Part shown: piece after piece, positions 55,972 through 64,000 of the stretch
Layout: every line of letters starts with the position of its first letter
Position numbering within the stretch: position 1 is the stretch's first letter
Translations under genes and position numbers: made by a program
Notes under the pieces: generated by a model
Seen by the model: only the letters and a program-made list of their open reading frames with translations
What the model was told of the DNA's origin: nothing
The model's database searches: none
DNA from: a virus
Virus record (IMG/VR): IMGVR_UViG_3300034107_001363
Coordinates: 9,296-73,295 of that record
DNA: 64,000 bases
Reading direction: 5' to 3' (one strand)

Positions 55972-56172
55972 TCAATCTTCCACGGTGACGCACTGGTTGA
56001 ACTTTGCCAGCACTGCCAGTGCAGGAAGAACCAACTCAACGCAGACTTTTTCGCTGACCGGTCCTGGCGGAAGGCCTTGCACGGCGGTTTTGAGCAGACG
56101 GATTTTTTCGACGGTTTCCCGTTCGATTTTGTCCCAGTCGGCGTTGGCCATGGTTTTTTGGTCGGTTTTCAT
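55972..56172 (-). CDS. Hypothetical protein
   Basis: 66-aa ORF. Confidence 0.65.
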   Translation of the reverse strand: MKTDQKTMANADWDKIERETVEKIRLLKTAVQGLPPGPVSEKVCVELVLPALAVLAKFNQCVTVED

Positions 56173-56199
56173 GTTGTGTGGGGTTGTGGGGTTTTGAGA

Positions 56200-56499
56200 T
56201 TAGCGGCCGATGGTGGAGGTCATGTGCCAAGCCCCCGGACAATGAGGGCATTGGTAGGCTCTTAACCGGCCTGTGTTAGCTCCTTTTTTTAGCCTGTTGC
56301 TGATGGCTGCACGGGCTTTGCTTTCGCTGCTGTAGCTTACTTTGCCGCAGGGTCCGCGCGCGACGGTGTTGAGGTGCACGGTGCCACCGTCGGCATCCAG
56401 CCGGTCGCGTGCGTCCATCATCGACTCCGGCGCAATTTCACCGGTGGCGCCAAGCAGCTCGAGTAGTCGATCACTGTCCGCCTTGTTTTTCCGCTTCAC
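56200..56499 (-). CDS. Small zinc-finger protein
   Basis: CGKVSY...RAYQCPHC...WHMTS; probable GTG start at 56499. Confidence 0.75.
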   Translation of the reverse strand: MKRKNKADSDRLLELLGATGEIAPESMMDARDRLDADGGTVHLNTVARGPCGKVSYSSESKARAAISNRLKKGANTGRLRAYQCPHCPGAWHMTSTIGR

Positions 56500-56923
56500 G
56501 CTTGAGCAATTCGATGAGTTGGACGGCACGGTCGGTGCGCTGGGTGAGAATGCCGACATCGTCGGGCAGGAAGCTGACCTTGCGCTTGGCCCGTTGGTAG
56601 ATGAAGCGGGTGCCTTGCCACAGGTCGTGCACCACCTTGGCGGCATAGGCGAAGTCGAAAGGCTCCTCGATGCCGGGCACGGAAGGGGTCTTCACGGGCT
56701 TTTCATTGGATTCCGTTGGCTTCACCAAGGAAGCTTCCATCGGTTCGTCCTGAGTGGCTTCTGGCGCTTCCAGCCAATCAGTTTCGGCTTCGCTTTCTTG
56801 TTCGATGCGGGCGGCAATTTCGGACGGCACCCCGAATGACGTCACTGGACCGGGAGGTGGGTCAAGAATGTCGTCAAATTGGACCTTGGCTTTCTTGGTG
56901 GTTTTCTTGGCTGCTTTTTTCAT
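56471..56923 (-). CDS. Hypothetical protein
   Basis: 150 aa, basic N-terminus. Confidence 0.75.
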   Translation of the reverse strand: MKKAAKKTTKKAKVQFDDILDPPPGPVTSFGVPSEIAARIEQESEAETDWLEAPEATQDEPMEASLVKPTESNEKPVKTPSVPGIEEPFDFAYAAKVVHDLWQGTRFIYQRAKRKVSFLPDDVGILTQRTDRAVQLIELLKREAEKQGGQ

Positions 56924-56943
56924 GGTGGTAAAGTGGTGTGTTT

Positions 56944-57126
56944 TTAGAGTGCGTTCATTACGAGCTTCGAAAGAGACACGAAAAACGCTATGGCTATTCC
57001 AAAACAGAAGAGTGCTGCGAATGCGTTTGGGAAAAACCCGTCATCGATGTCTGATCCTGTGATTACTCCGAGGGCAAAAGCCGAACCTAGCGAAACGGCT
57101 GCAATTAGTAGTTCTGCGTCATTCAT
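56944..57126 (-). CDS. Small membrane protein
   Basis: 60 aa with two hydrophobic segments. Confidence 0.6.
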   Translation of the reverse strand: MNDAELLIAAVSLGSAFALGVITGSDIDDGFFPNAFAALFCFGIAIAFFVSLSKLVMNAL

Positions 57127-57130
57127 GATT

Positions 57131-57637
57131 TTAGAGTTTGAGAATTCTGGTGCTGAGCATGGCCTTGAGGAGCTTGCGGCAAGCAATGATAGTGATCGGC
57201 TCGAAACCGATTTTGGCGGCAAGATCGTCGTCCGACAGCAGTAGCCAGTTCCAGACGATGGTTTCGTGCTTTTTTTCTTCATGATCCCGGTAACGACGGG
57301 TAATTGTGTCCACGCTGGATGCGCGGGATACAGCTAGATTGAGGGCCACCGAATTGCGTTCGGCTCCTTTGTTGGCAGCCCGGAGATGCTTGCGGGCTTC
57401 CAACCACTTCTCCCGCATTTTTAGCAGTTGGTCGTGAAGCTGGTCTCCCCGGATGCGTTCGTTCATTGCCGCGCTCCGGGCCATTTCCAGTTCTTGCTGG
57501 TCAGTCGCATTGGCCAGTGGATCAGAGAGGGCATCACGCTGAATCATTTCGATAAATTCAGCCGGAGGCACCGGATAGCTTGTATGGTGCATCATGTTTT
57601 TGGCAAAGAAGTCCTGCCATTCTTGAGATGTTTTCAT
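57131..57637 (-). CDS. Hypothetical coiled-coil protein
   Basis: 168-aa ORF. Confidence 0.75.
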   Translation of the reverse strand: MKTSQEWQDFFAKNMMHHTSYPVPPAEFIEMIQRDALSDPLANATDQQELEMARSAAMNERIRGDQLHDQLLKMREKWLEARKHLRAANKGAERNSVALNLAVSRASSVDTITRRYRDHEEKKHETIVWNWLLLSDDDLAAKIGFEPITIIACRKLLKAMLSTRILKL

Positions 57638-57900
57638 GGTAAGTGTTTAAGTTGGGAGTGAACGGCTTGCTTAAGCCTACAGTAATCATTGGTCTTCACC
57701 TCAGGATCGCAGACGACGGCCATAAACTCCTTCATGGTTTTCTTCAGGTCTTCCAGCGCCCAAACGTAGTCTCTTGAGCAAATGGGTCCGATTTGATAGA
57801 AGTATTTGGCTCCCTTCATTATTAGTCTTAAGTTGAGGCTTTGGGCTTCTTTGTATTCATCGAGAAATTCCGGGTAGAGGCTTGGATCAAGATCGTTCAT
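57634..57900 (-). CDS. Hypothetical protein
   Basis: 88 aa with ATGA overlap. Confidence 0.7.
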   Translation of the reverse strand: MNDLDPSLYPEFLDEYKEAQSLNLRLIMKGAKYFYQIGPICSRDYVWALEDLKKTMKEFMAVVCDPEVKTNDYCRLKQAVHSQLKHLP

Positions 57901-57943
57901 TTGCGGTAGAGGGCTTTTTTGCGGGCTTGGTGTTTTGGTAGTG

Positions 57944-58174
57944 TTATCGGCTTAGGATTTCTCGAATGGTTCTAACGTCCCGGTTGAAAGCTTCGCAAAT
58001 GGACTCCTTGTCGATCCCTTGCTCAAAGCATTTCTTCACTGCGTTGTTTCGTGCTATCATTTCTTTTTTGCAGCTCAGGCTTGGCATGTGGACCTTTTTT
58101 TCTGGAAGCGAGGAGAGCCTTGCTTCTTCCCGGATCACTTCGGTGATGACGAGTGCTTTTTGTTGTTGGTTCAT
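57944..58174 (-). CDS. Small HTH-like DNA-binding protein
   Basis: ARN...GIDKESICEAFNRDVRTIREIL resembles a DnaA-C/Mor-type HTH. Confidence 0.55.
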   Translation of the reverse strand: MNQQQKALVITEVIREEARLSSLPEKKVHMPSLSCKKEMIARNNAVKKCFEQGIDKESICEAFNRDVRTIREILSR

Positions 58175-58252
58175 TAAAGAAGAATGGAGCCATTCAGCCT
58201 AATTGGCTTTTTGCTGATTTTGAAGGCAGGCAAGGACTTTGGTTTAGCCAGG

Positions 58253-58747
58253 CTAAATTTCGAACACTTTCAGGGAGTAGGTTGGAGGGCACGGACACAG
58301 ATCCACCAACCTTATGGCGTCTGCCACGGATAGGACCTTTGAGTTCCTCCCGGACCATAGCAGACCATTGGCAGTGGCCCATGCTGGGTCAGCATGAACC
58401 CGCTGATGGCAAGAGGAGTGGAGCATAAAGGTGAAACAGAATGCATGTTTTCTTCTTCCTGCTGGGTGGTGCCGTTCCATCGTGTGTTTGTCGGAAGGAA
58501 TTCCGCAGGCGGCGCAGCAGGCATAATCTGGGATGAGGCTCCATGCGGCATCGTAGCGCTTCAGCAGTTCTTTTCGGGTAGATGACAGCGGAGGACGCTT
58601 ACGACGCGCCACAGGAACCTTCTTGGCTGCGGAAACCACTTCAGGCTCTACCGGTTCAGTTGACGGAGTCGCGGCCGAATTGAGCAAATCCGTCAATGCC
58701 GCGTTCCACGACTTTCGCTTTGGACTCTTCGATGACTTGCTCTTCAT
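58253..58747 (-). CDS. HNH-like endonuclease
   Basis: CAACG...ERHHPAGR...LHSSCHQRVH. Confidence 0.7.
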   Translation of the reverse strand: MKSKSSKSPKRKSWNAALTDLLNSAATPSTEPVEPEVVSAAKKVPVARRKRPPLSSTRKELLKRYDAAWSLIPDYACCAACGIPSDKHTMERHHPAGRRKHAFCFTFMLHSSCHQRVHADPAWATANGLLWSGRNSKVLSVADAIRLVDLCPCPPTYSLKVFEI

Positions 58748-58952
58748 TTAGGAAGTTGTCGAGGGCTTGGCCTTGCAATGACTGGGAATGTTCAAGAGCC
58801 CGAAGTTCTTGCCCTTTGGGGCCAGCTTGGCAGATTCTTGCCATCACCAGCGACATTGCGGCGAGGATAGTTTCGTAGTCTGGTTTTTCGCGAAAGATCG
58901 GGCCGATGGCTTCGGTGATTTCTTCGCAGAGTTTGTGGGTGGTGCTTTTCAT
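58656..58952 (-). CDS. Hypothetical protein
   Basis: ATG 58952 coupled to the upstream stop. Confidence 0.65.
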   Translation of the reverse strand: MKSTTHKLCEEITEAIGPIFREKPDYETILAAMSLVMARICQAGPKGQELRALEHSQSLQGQALDNFLNEEQVIEESKAKVVERGIDGFAQFGRDSVN

Positions 58953-59200
58953 GGTTTGTTGTCGTCGAGAATGTTCGCCCAAGGATTGCCGCCTTTGACT
59001 TTTTTGGTGATTCGATGCTCCGCTTTAATGCGGTTTCCTTCTTCGTGCAGGTAGTAGTCGAGCGTCCCTTCGGTGAATGGATTGGGTCCGACCGGGGTGT
59101 TGGCAATCTCAGCCCACTCCAGCTCGATTAGCCAGTGCTTAAGGTTCCGGTAAACGGGACGACCCAGCTTTAACGCAAAACGGATTAGTTTGAGTTTCAT
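58949..59200 (-). CDS. Hypothetical protein
   Basis: 83 aa with ATGA overlaps. Confidence 0.7.
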   Translation of the reverse strand: MKLKLIRFALKLGRPVYRNLKHWLIELEWAEIANTPVGPNPFTEGTLDYYLHEEGNRIKAEHRITKKVKGGNPWANILDDNKP

Positions 59201-59541
59201 GGATGCTTAATTGGAACGAGGGGTTGCCAGAGGTCAAGCCAGACGGGCTTCCCTTCCAAAGGAAAAACAACCACTTGCTCATTAGGGAAAAAGAACAACG
59301 GAATCAACCGAGCAACTTCCGAAGGCTTTGGCGCTAGCTTGCGCGACCCATGACCGGCATGGTGGTGGACACTCACCCTAACCCGATTCCAGCCGTCCAT
59401 GCGTGTGACGTGGCAGATAGCGGTGCGAACAAGGTCATGACGACTGTGGCCCAAAGGCACGTCGTAGGTATCAGGGCTGTCCGGGCCCGCCCCCTTCCCT
59501 CGCTTTCGCTGGTGGCAGTCGTAGTGGCTTGCTGGTCTCAT
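59197..59541 (-). CDS. Conserved phage hypothetical protein
   Basis: GWNRVRVSV...P.PSEV...LFF.PNEQVV pattern. Confidence 0.7.
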   Translation of the reverse strand: MRPASHYDCHQRKRGKGAGPDSPDTYDVPLGHSRHDLVRTAICHVTRMDGWNRVRVSVHHHAGHGSRKLAPKPSEVARLIPLFFFPNEQVVVFPLEGKPVWLDLWQPLVPIKHP

Positions 59542-59786
59542 TAAGTCAGCTCGTTAAGATACCAAGCGGCTTTCTTGAGGTCGTTGTTGCCACCTTTGTG
59601 CTTTTCACGCCAAACATACTTTAGCGCGTTGCCTTTGATGAAACCTCGGAATTCTTCGGGTGTGAGAGCGGCTTCAATTGCTTCAATGCACTCGATTCCT
59701 GAGGCGTTATAGTGTGCTGGGTGGTCGACTGTTTCGGAAAGCTCTGGGTTTTTGTCGATTACCGTGACAATGGATTTCTTTTTCAT
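59541..59786 (-). CDS. DUF3310 (T7 gp1.7-like nucleotide kinase family) protein
   Basis: VDHPAHY...IECIEAI...GNALKYVWR..HKGG..DLKKAAWYL. Confidence 0.92.
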   Translation of the reverse strand: MKKKSIVTVIDKNPELSETVDHPAHYNASGIECIEAIEAALTPEEFRGFIKGNALKYVWREKHKGGNNDLKKAAWYLNELT

Positions 59787-61651
59787 GATAAGAATGGCAT
59801 TTCAGTGGCGATTTCTTCGAAGTGCCAAGGTTTTTCGCTATACATTGGCATTGGGTCTCCCGGTCGTGGCATGAACCGCTTGCACTCTTTGTGGAAGAAG
59901 AACGAAGCCAGCGGCCACTCGCCCGTCGCGCGCTGCTTGCGGACAATGATCTTGCCGCAGGGCGTTGAATTGAAGAACTCGACAATTTCCTGATGGGAAA
60001 AGTTGGAGTTTTCCATTTCGCCAATCCGCTCGGCCTTCGCGCCGTCACGCCACACCGTGATGATGTTGTGCGGCATATCCCCCCACTCGGAAGCACCACG
60101 GATCTCGGCCATCCCCGGCGGCTTGGCGGTGCTTTCTGGCGGCTTGCGCGGATGGGCGACAATGTGGAGATGAACCGGATACTTGGCTACGAACACCCGA
60201 AGGCCGTCGATAGCGTCTGCTTGAGCGGTGTTATCGCCTCGATCGATGTTCATGGTCATTACGTTGTCGATGACGAAGGTATCGATGCCGTAACGCTTGT
60301 GGGCGTGGGTGAAGGTGGAGATGAGGTGCTTGGGGTCGGCCCGCTCCATCGACTTGTACATGAACACTAGTCCGGCCAAATGGTCGAAAGCCATGTCGAA
60401 CTCCTTGGTGTAGGGGAGGTTGGGGTAGGCGGTAAACTGTGTCAGGATTTGGGCAAAGGTCATCTCCGGCTGCTGCTCGAATGAAGCAACGCAGCTCTGC
60501 TTGCCCTTGGCGGCAAGACTGGCAATCTGGTTGGCCACCGCCGTAGACTTGCCATGACCTGAGAAACCGAACCACAGTGTGATCTCATGCTTTCGAAAGG
60601 TTAGGTTGAAGTTGGGCAAAAAGAACCCGTCGCCTTCAGTCAGGTGGTCACCCCTCATGCAGGAACGGGTGCCCTCGCGCATCAGGGATGGGTCAATAAT
60701 CTCGGCAATCGGCTCGCGGATGGTGCTGTCGATGAGCTTCCTGACTTCCTCGCCACGACCGGCACGAAGCATGTCGTTGGCATCTTTGAGCGGAAGTTTG
60801 ACGATCATGCAGCGCTCGTTGCCAAGCCGGGGCAACGCAATCTTGCCTGCTTTCTCGCCTTCCTCGTCAGAGTCAAACAGTAGCACGATGTCGTCAAAGT
60901 GCGACAGGTAGTGGTAGTCGAGGGTGATCCAATTCATGTTGGAGGCACCCATTGGAATCGAGACGGCTGGAATACCCAGCTCGTAGAGAGCCAGCGCATC
61001 CCACTCGCCTTCGGTGATCACCAGCTGGCTGACCTTCTCCGGGTCACAGACGTCTTTGCCAAACAAACACTGGATGCCGTCAGGACTGACCCACGTCGAC
61101 TTCTTGCCTTCTGGTGTGAGGTTGTGACCCCAGTGCTTGGTCATCCCGATTTGACCAAACGCGTCGTAGTAAGGGAACACCAGCCCGTCACGGGTGTCGG
61201 AGCAAACCCCGTAGGCTCGCAGGGTAGCTTCGCTGATCCCGCGTTTTTTGGCATACTCAATCGATTTGCCAGACAAAGGCCGCATCTCGCTTGCCAACTT
61301 GCTAGGATCTTTAGCCCGGGCTTGTGCCCCGAAGCTTTGAATCGGCTGAACGTTGCAGAACTGAGCCAGCCACTGGATGGCTTCACGCAAAGGGATTCCC
61401 TTGGCTAGCGACACTAGCTTCCACGGTCTTCCCTTGACGTCTGGATCTGCAAAGTCTTGGAACCAGCCCGGGTTACTGGTCCTCGTGCTGATCATCATCG
61501 AGCCACCCTTGCGCCCGTCAATACCGCCGATCTTGTAGGCTGAAGCCTCCTTCTTGGCTTCAGGGAACAACGACATCACAAAGTCGTCGATGCGTCCGGA
61601 TAGCGCGCTTTTGACCTGCTCGAGGTCGTAGAAATTGGATTCTTGGGACAT
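59783..61651 (-). CDS. Primase-helicase (T7 gp4/Twinkle-like)
   Basis: Toprim ITEGEWDAL and FDSDEEG; Walker A GFSGHGKST; SF4 motifs FVIDN, VAHPRK, IRGAS, KQR. Confidence 0.93.
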   Translation of the reverse strand: MSQESNFYDLEQVKSALSGRIDDFVMSLFPEAKKEASAYKIGGIDGRKGGSMMISTRTSNPGWFQDFADPDVKGRPWKLVSLAKGIPLREAIQWLAQFCNVQPIQSFGAQARAKDPSKLASEMRPLSGKSIEYAKKRGISEATLRAYGVCSDTRDGLVFPYYDAFGQIGMTKHWGHNLTPEGKKSTWVSPDGIQCLFGKDVCDPEKVSQLVITEGEWDALALYELGIPAVSIPMGASNMNWITLDYHYLSHFDDIVLLFDSDEEGEKAGKIALPRLGNERCMIVKLPLKDANDMLRAGRGEEVRKLIDSTIREPIAEIIDPSLMREGTRSCMRGDHLTEGDGFFLPNFNLTFRKHEITLWFGFSGHGKSTAVANQIASLAAKGKQSCVASFEQQPEMTFAQILTQFTAYPNLPYTKEFDMAFDHLAGLVFMYKSMERADPKHLISTFTHAHKRYGIDTFVIDNVMTMNIDRGDNTAQADAIDGLRVFVAKYPVHLHIVAHPRKPPESTAKPPGMAEIRGASEWGDMPHNIITVWRDGAKAERIGEMENSNFSHQEIVEFFNSTPCGKIIVRKQRATGEWPLASFFFHKECKRFMPRPGDPMPMYSEKPWHFEEIATEMPFLS

Positions 61652-61655
61652 TAGT

Positions 61656-62024
61656 TCAATCTTGATTGCTCATCACTTCCTCGTTGAGACGTTCGATTAG
61701 CTTGCGGACCAGCGGGTCACCAGTCAGTGGGGTATGGCAAGACATTACCGAAGCAAACAGATTGACCCCGTTGGCAGTGGCAACTGGCAGCGCTCCGACG
61801 AAATTCTTCACCGCCATGTCGAGGAAGTCCATCATCCGTTGCTCGGACGCGTTCTTCCATTTCTCGTTCAATTCTTTGCTACGTGGGTCTTGAGTGATGG
61901 CCAGCGCCATTTCGTTTTGCATGGCGCCTAGCAAGCCCAAGGTGTCGCGGATAATCCGCAGTGAATCGGCAAACAGCTCTGGGTCGGCTTCTTCCGGATC
62001 GGGCCACTGCTCAGGCGTTTCCAC
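61656..62024 (-). CDS. Hypothetical protein
   Basis: 122-aa ORF. Confidence 0.7.
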   Translation of the reverse strand: METPEQWPDPEEADPELFADSLRIIRDTLGLLGAMQNEMALAITQDPRSKELNEKWKNASEQRMMDFLDMAVKNFVGALPVATANGVNLFASVMSCHTPLTGDPLVRKLIERLNEEVMSNQD

Positions 62025-62958
62025 TTTTGGTCTTGGTCGGTGTTTTGATTTCCATTGGCTCGCCGTTGTCTTTGCGGACGGTGTCGTTTTTGAGATCGAT
62101 GACGATCCGGCCAGTAGGGATCGAAGAGGCGGTGCCTTTGATTTTAACCCATTCGTTTTCGTTGAGGACGAGGTAGGTCACCTTGTTCTGTTTGTAGGCG
62201 AGGATGAGGTCTTCGGCTTGACCTTTCGAGCGAATGTTTTGCACCACTTCATCGCCTTCCATGATCTTGACGATTGAGGCGAGGTCGCGCACTTGCTTGG
62301 CTCCCAACTCGTAAGTTTCAGCTTTGCTGAGGATTAAGTCTTTTGAGCTGTCGGGAATCTTTTGGAACAACGCTTCCTTGTGATGGGAGAACGACAGCTT
62401 GTAACGCTTGCCCTTGTAGGTGTCGTAGACTTTCTCGGCGGTCCAAATGGTATTGTAACTGGCGGTGTTGAGGTCAGCAACTTGGGACGGCTCGAAGGAC
62501 TCGCCGAAGAATGCCCGCAGGTTGCTCGTAATGGAGCCTAGCATCCACGAGGATCGATCATCGATGACATCGCCTAGGGTTCGCAGCTTGAGGACGCTGG
62601 AGACGACCTGATAGGCCCTGACGAGTTCTGGCGGGTTGGACGGATTGATCGTGCAGATGCCGTCGGCGGTAATCAGGAACGAGTCGTCGCCGCTCATGGC
62701 GTTCATCAGCCCGAACGCTGCGTTGTCGACTACGGTGTCAGGCTCGGCTGGGGTGACGCTAGTGCTGAGATTGGAAGCCAGATCGTCAATTTGAGGGTGG
62801 AGATCCTCTTCGTAGTTGGCAAACAAGGGTCCTCCTTTCAGCCTGATTTGGGCGATTACTTCCTCCACTACTTGCTCAGGGAGGTAGTATTGGATGGAGA
62901 GTGAGGCGATTGAGGACTCGGTAACGATCGAGCCGTGGTGAAACAGTGGTTTGGTCAT
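62011..62958 (-). CDS. Hypothetical protein (possible DNA-binding; LSFSHHKE motif)
   Basis: 315 aa; WMLG...LSFSHH..A pattern. Confidence 0.8.
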   Translation of the reverse strand: MTKPLFHHGSIVTESSIASLSIQYYLPEQVVEEVIAQIRLKGGPLFANYEEDLHPQIDDLASNLSTSVTPAEPDTVVDNAAFGLMNAMSGDDSFLITADGICTINPSNPPELVRAYQVVSSVLKLRTLGDVIDDRSSWMLGSITSNLRAFFGESFEPSQVADLNTASYNTIWTAEKVYDTYKGKRYKLSFSHHKEALFQKIPDSSKDLILSKAETYELGAKQVRDLASIVKIMEGDEVVQNIRSKGQAEDLILAYKQNKVTYLVLNENEWVKIKGTASSIPTGRIVIDLKNDTVRKDNGEPMEIKTPTKTKSGNA

Positions 62959-62994
62959 GGTTGAAGTTTTAGCTTGGCTAAATAATTGAAAGGG

Positions 62995-63213
62995 TCAAGC
63001 GGTCTCTGGTGAATTCGGAGCTTCATGGGTTCCCTCACTTTTAGCTTTTTCATTAGGTGGCATTTTGAGCCTATACTCAATTTTGCCTTTAATAAAATGC
63101 GGTCCCGCTTGGCCCAAATACTCCATGCAATCGCACGACGAGACAGGCTCGTCGGCATACACGGCCTCACAGTATTTGCAAACAAACGCTTTTCGCCGGA
63201 CGAGGAGTTTCAT
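62995..63213 (-). CDS. Small Cys-rich protein
   Basis: CKYC...CDC; ATGA overlap. Confidence 0.6.
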   Translation of the reverse strand: MKLLVRRKAFVCKYCEAVYADEPVSSCDCMEYLGQAGPHFIKGKIEYRLKMPPNEKAKSEGTHEAPNSPETA

Positions 63214-63506
63214 GTGTTACCGCAAATGTAATCAAACCCTACCCGGTGCGGAATCGCGATTTCGCCACGGATCATCGCAAGCTCCACCTCGTCAGGGTCG
63301 GCTATCGTAGCTTTCAGTCTGGCTAGCTCGGCCCTCGCGTCGTTCCGCTCGCCAAGTGCACGGCAAACGTCTAGCTCGGCCTGCTTGCAGTCCTGGCGCT
63401 TTTGCTCTAGCTCGCGCTCTAAGTTTCGGCAAAGGTTACGGAGCAGGAATGTCCATTGCCCATCGGATGCGCGGATAGCCTCGTCAGTTAGTGGCGTGTC
63501 AGACAT
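63210..63506 (-). CDS. Hypothetical protein (TPLTD...LEREL family)
   Basis: 98 aa, coiled coil. Confidence 0.75.
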   Translation of the reverse strand: MSDTPLTDEAIRASDGQWTFLLRNLCRNLERELEQKRQDCKQAELDVCRALGERNDARAELARLKATIADPDEVELAMIRGEIAIPHRVGFDYICGNT

Positions 63507-63864
63507 GGCGGGCCTCCTTCCATGCGGCTAGGGCTACGTCGTGTTCCGGGACAAACTGGATCATCTCGCCAGCCAGCAGGTCGTAATTGTAAGTCCTCAA
63601 CACGCTTGCCAGCCTGTCCGCAAGCGCCCGCTCGGCCTCCAAATCGGCGCGCAGGGTTTCGCAAAGCCTAGCATTGCTCTCCTTGTCCTCGTCGAGCTTG
63701 TCGGCGGTCTTGCGTAGAGCATCGCGTTCGCTGATGGCGTCGGTAAGCTCTCGCTCGATCCGCTCGATCTCGGGTCTGAGTTCGTCGGCAACAATCTGCG
63801 GGTCGCAGGTCTGCCCGCCTGGGACAAGCGAGAGGATAGTGTCGGTGCGTGGGGTGTTGTTCAT
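63499..63864 (-). CDS. Hypothetical protein (TPRTD...IEREL family)
   Basis: 121 aa, coiled coil. Confidence 0.75.
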   Translation of the reverse strand: MNNTPRTDTILSLVPGGQTCDPQIVADELRPEIERIERELTDAISERDALRKTADKLDEDKESNARLCETLRADLEAERALADRLASVLRTYNYDLLAGEMIQFVPEHDVALAAWKEARHV

Positions 63865-64000
63865 GGTGTTGTTCGGTTAGAACTCTGGGATGCACCGGAC
63901 GCCGTTGCGCCGATGATCCCGCTGTTCGGCCAATACATCCGCGACTCCTTGCCCCAGATGTCCAGTCCCACAGCGAAGCATAGCCAGATGATCCGTATCA

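Noticed and set aside
1-64000. Stop-codon reassignment, DGR/retron, introns/inteins, integrase/att sites
   Set aside because: Genes are intact in the standard code and end in all three stops; no RT, intein or recombinase motifs were seen

Overview
The window is most of a tailed dsDNA phage genome with podovirus-like organisation and the standard genetic code. I saw no host genes, integrase, tRNA, CRISPR array or DNA polymerase. Two minus-strand arms (1-12.7 kb and 56-64 kb) carry small early/replication genes, including a GHKL ATPase, DUF4326, an HNH protein, DUF3310 and a T7-gp4-like primase-helicase. A plus-strand morphogenesis block (13-55.9 kb) encodes TerL, portal, scaffold, major capsid, an SGNH tailspike, fibres, lysis genes, tail and ejection proteins, and a 5,977-aa polyvalent protein with PD-(D/E)XK nuclease and NlpC/P60-like peptidase domains. 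The most unusual content is non-coding. A 13-bp palindrome, TTAGC-N3-GCTAA, recurs at least 10 times, mostly at gene junctions and upstream of promoters. Two promoter-preceded, ORF-free regions look like structured RNAs (about 5.6-5.93 kb and 10.64-11.03 kb), and there are attenuator-like and other structured leaders. All calls were made by eye from motifs, synteny and base-pairing, with no database search. A Verrucomicrobia-like host is only a guess, based on the scarcity of Shine-Dalgarno motifs and the lysin type.
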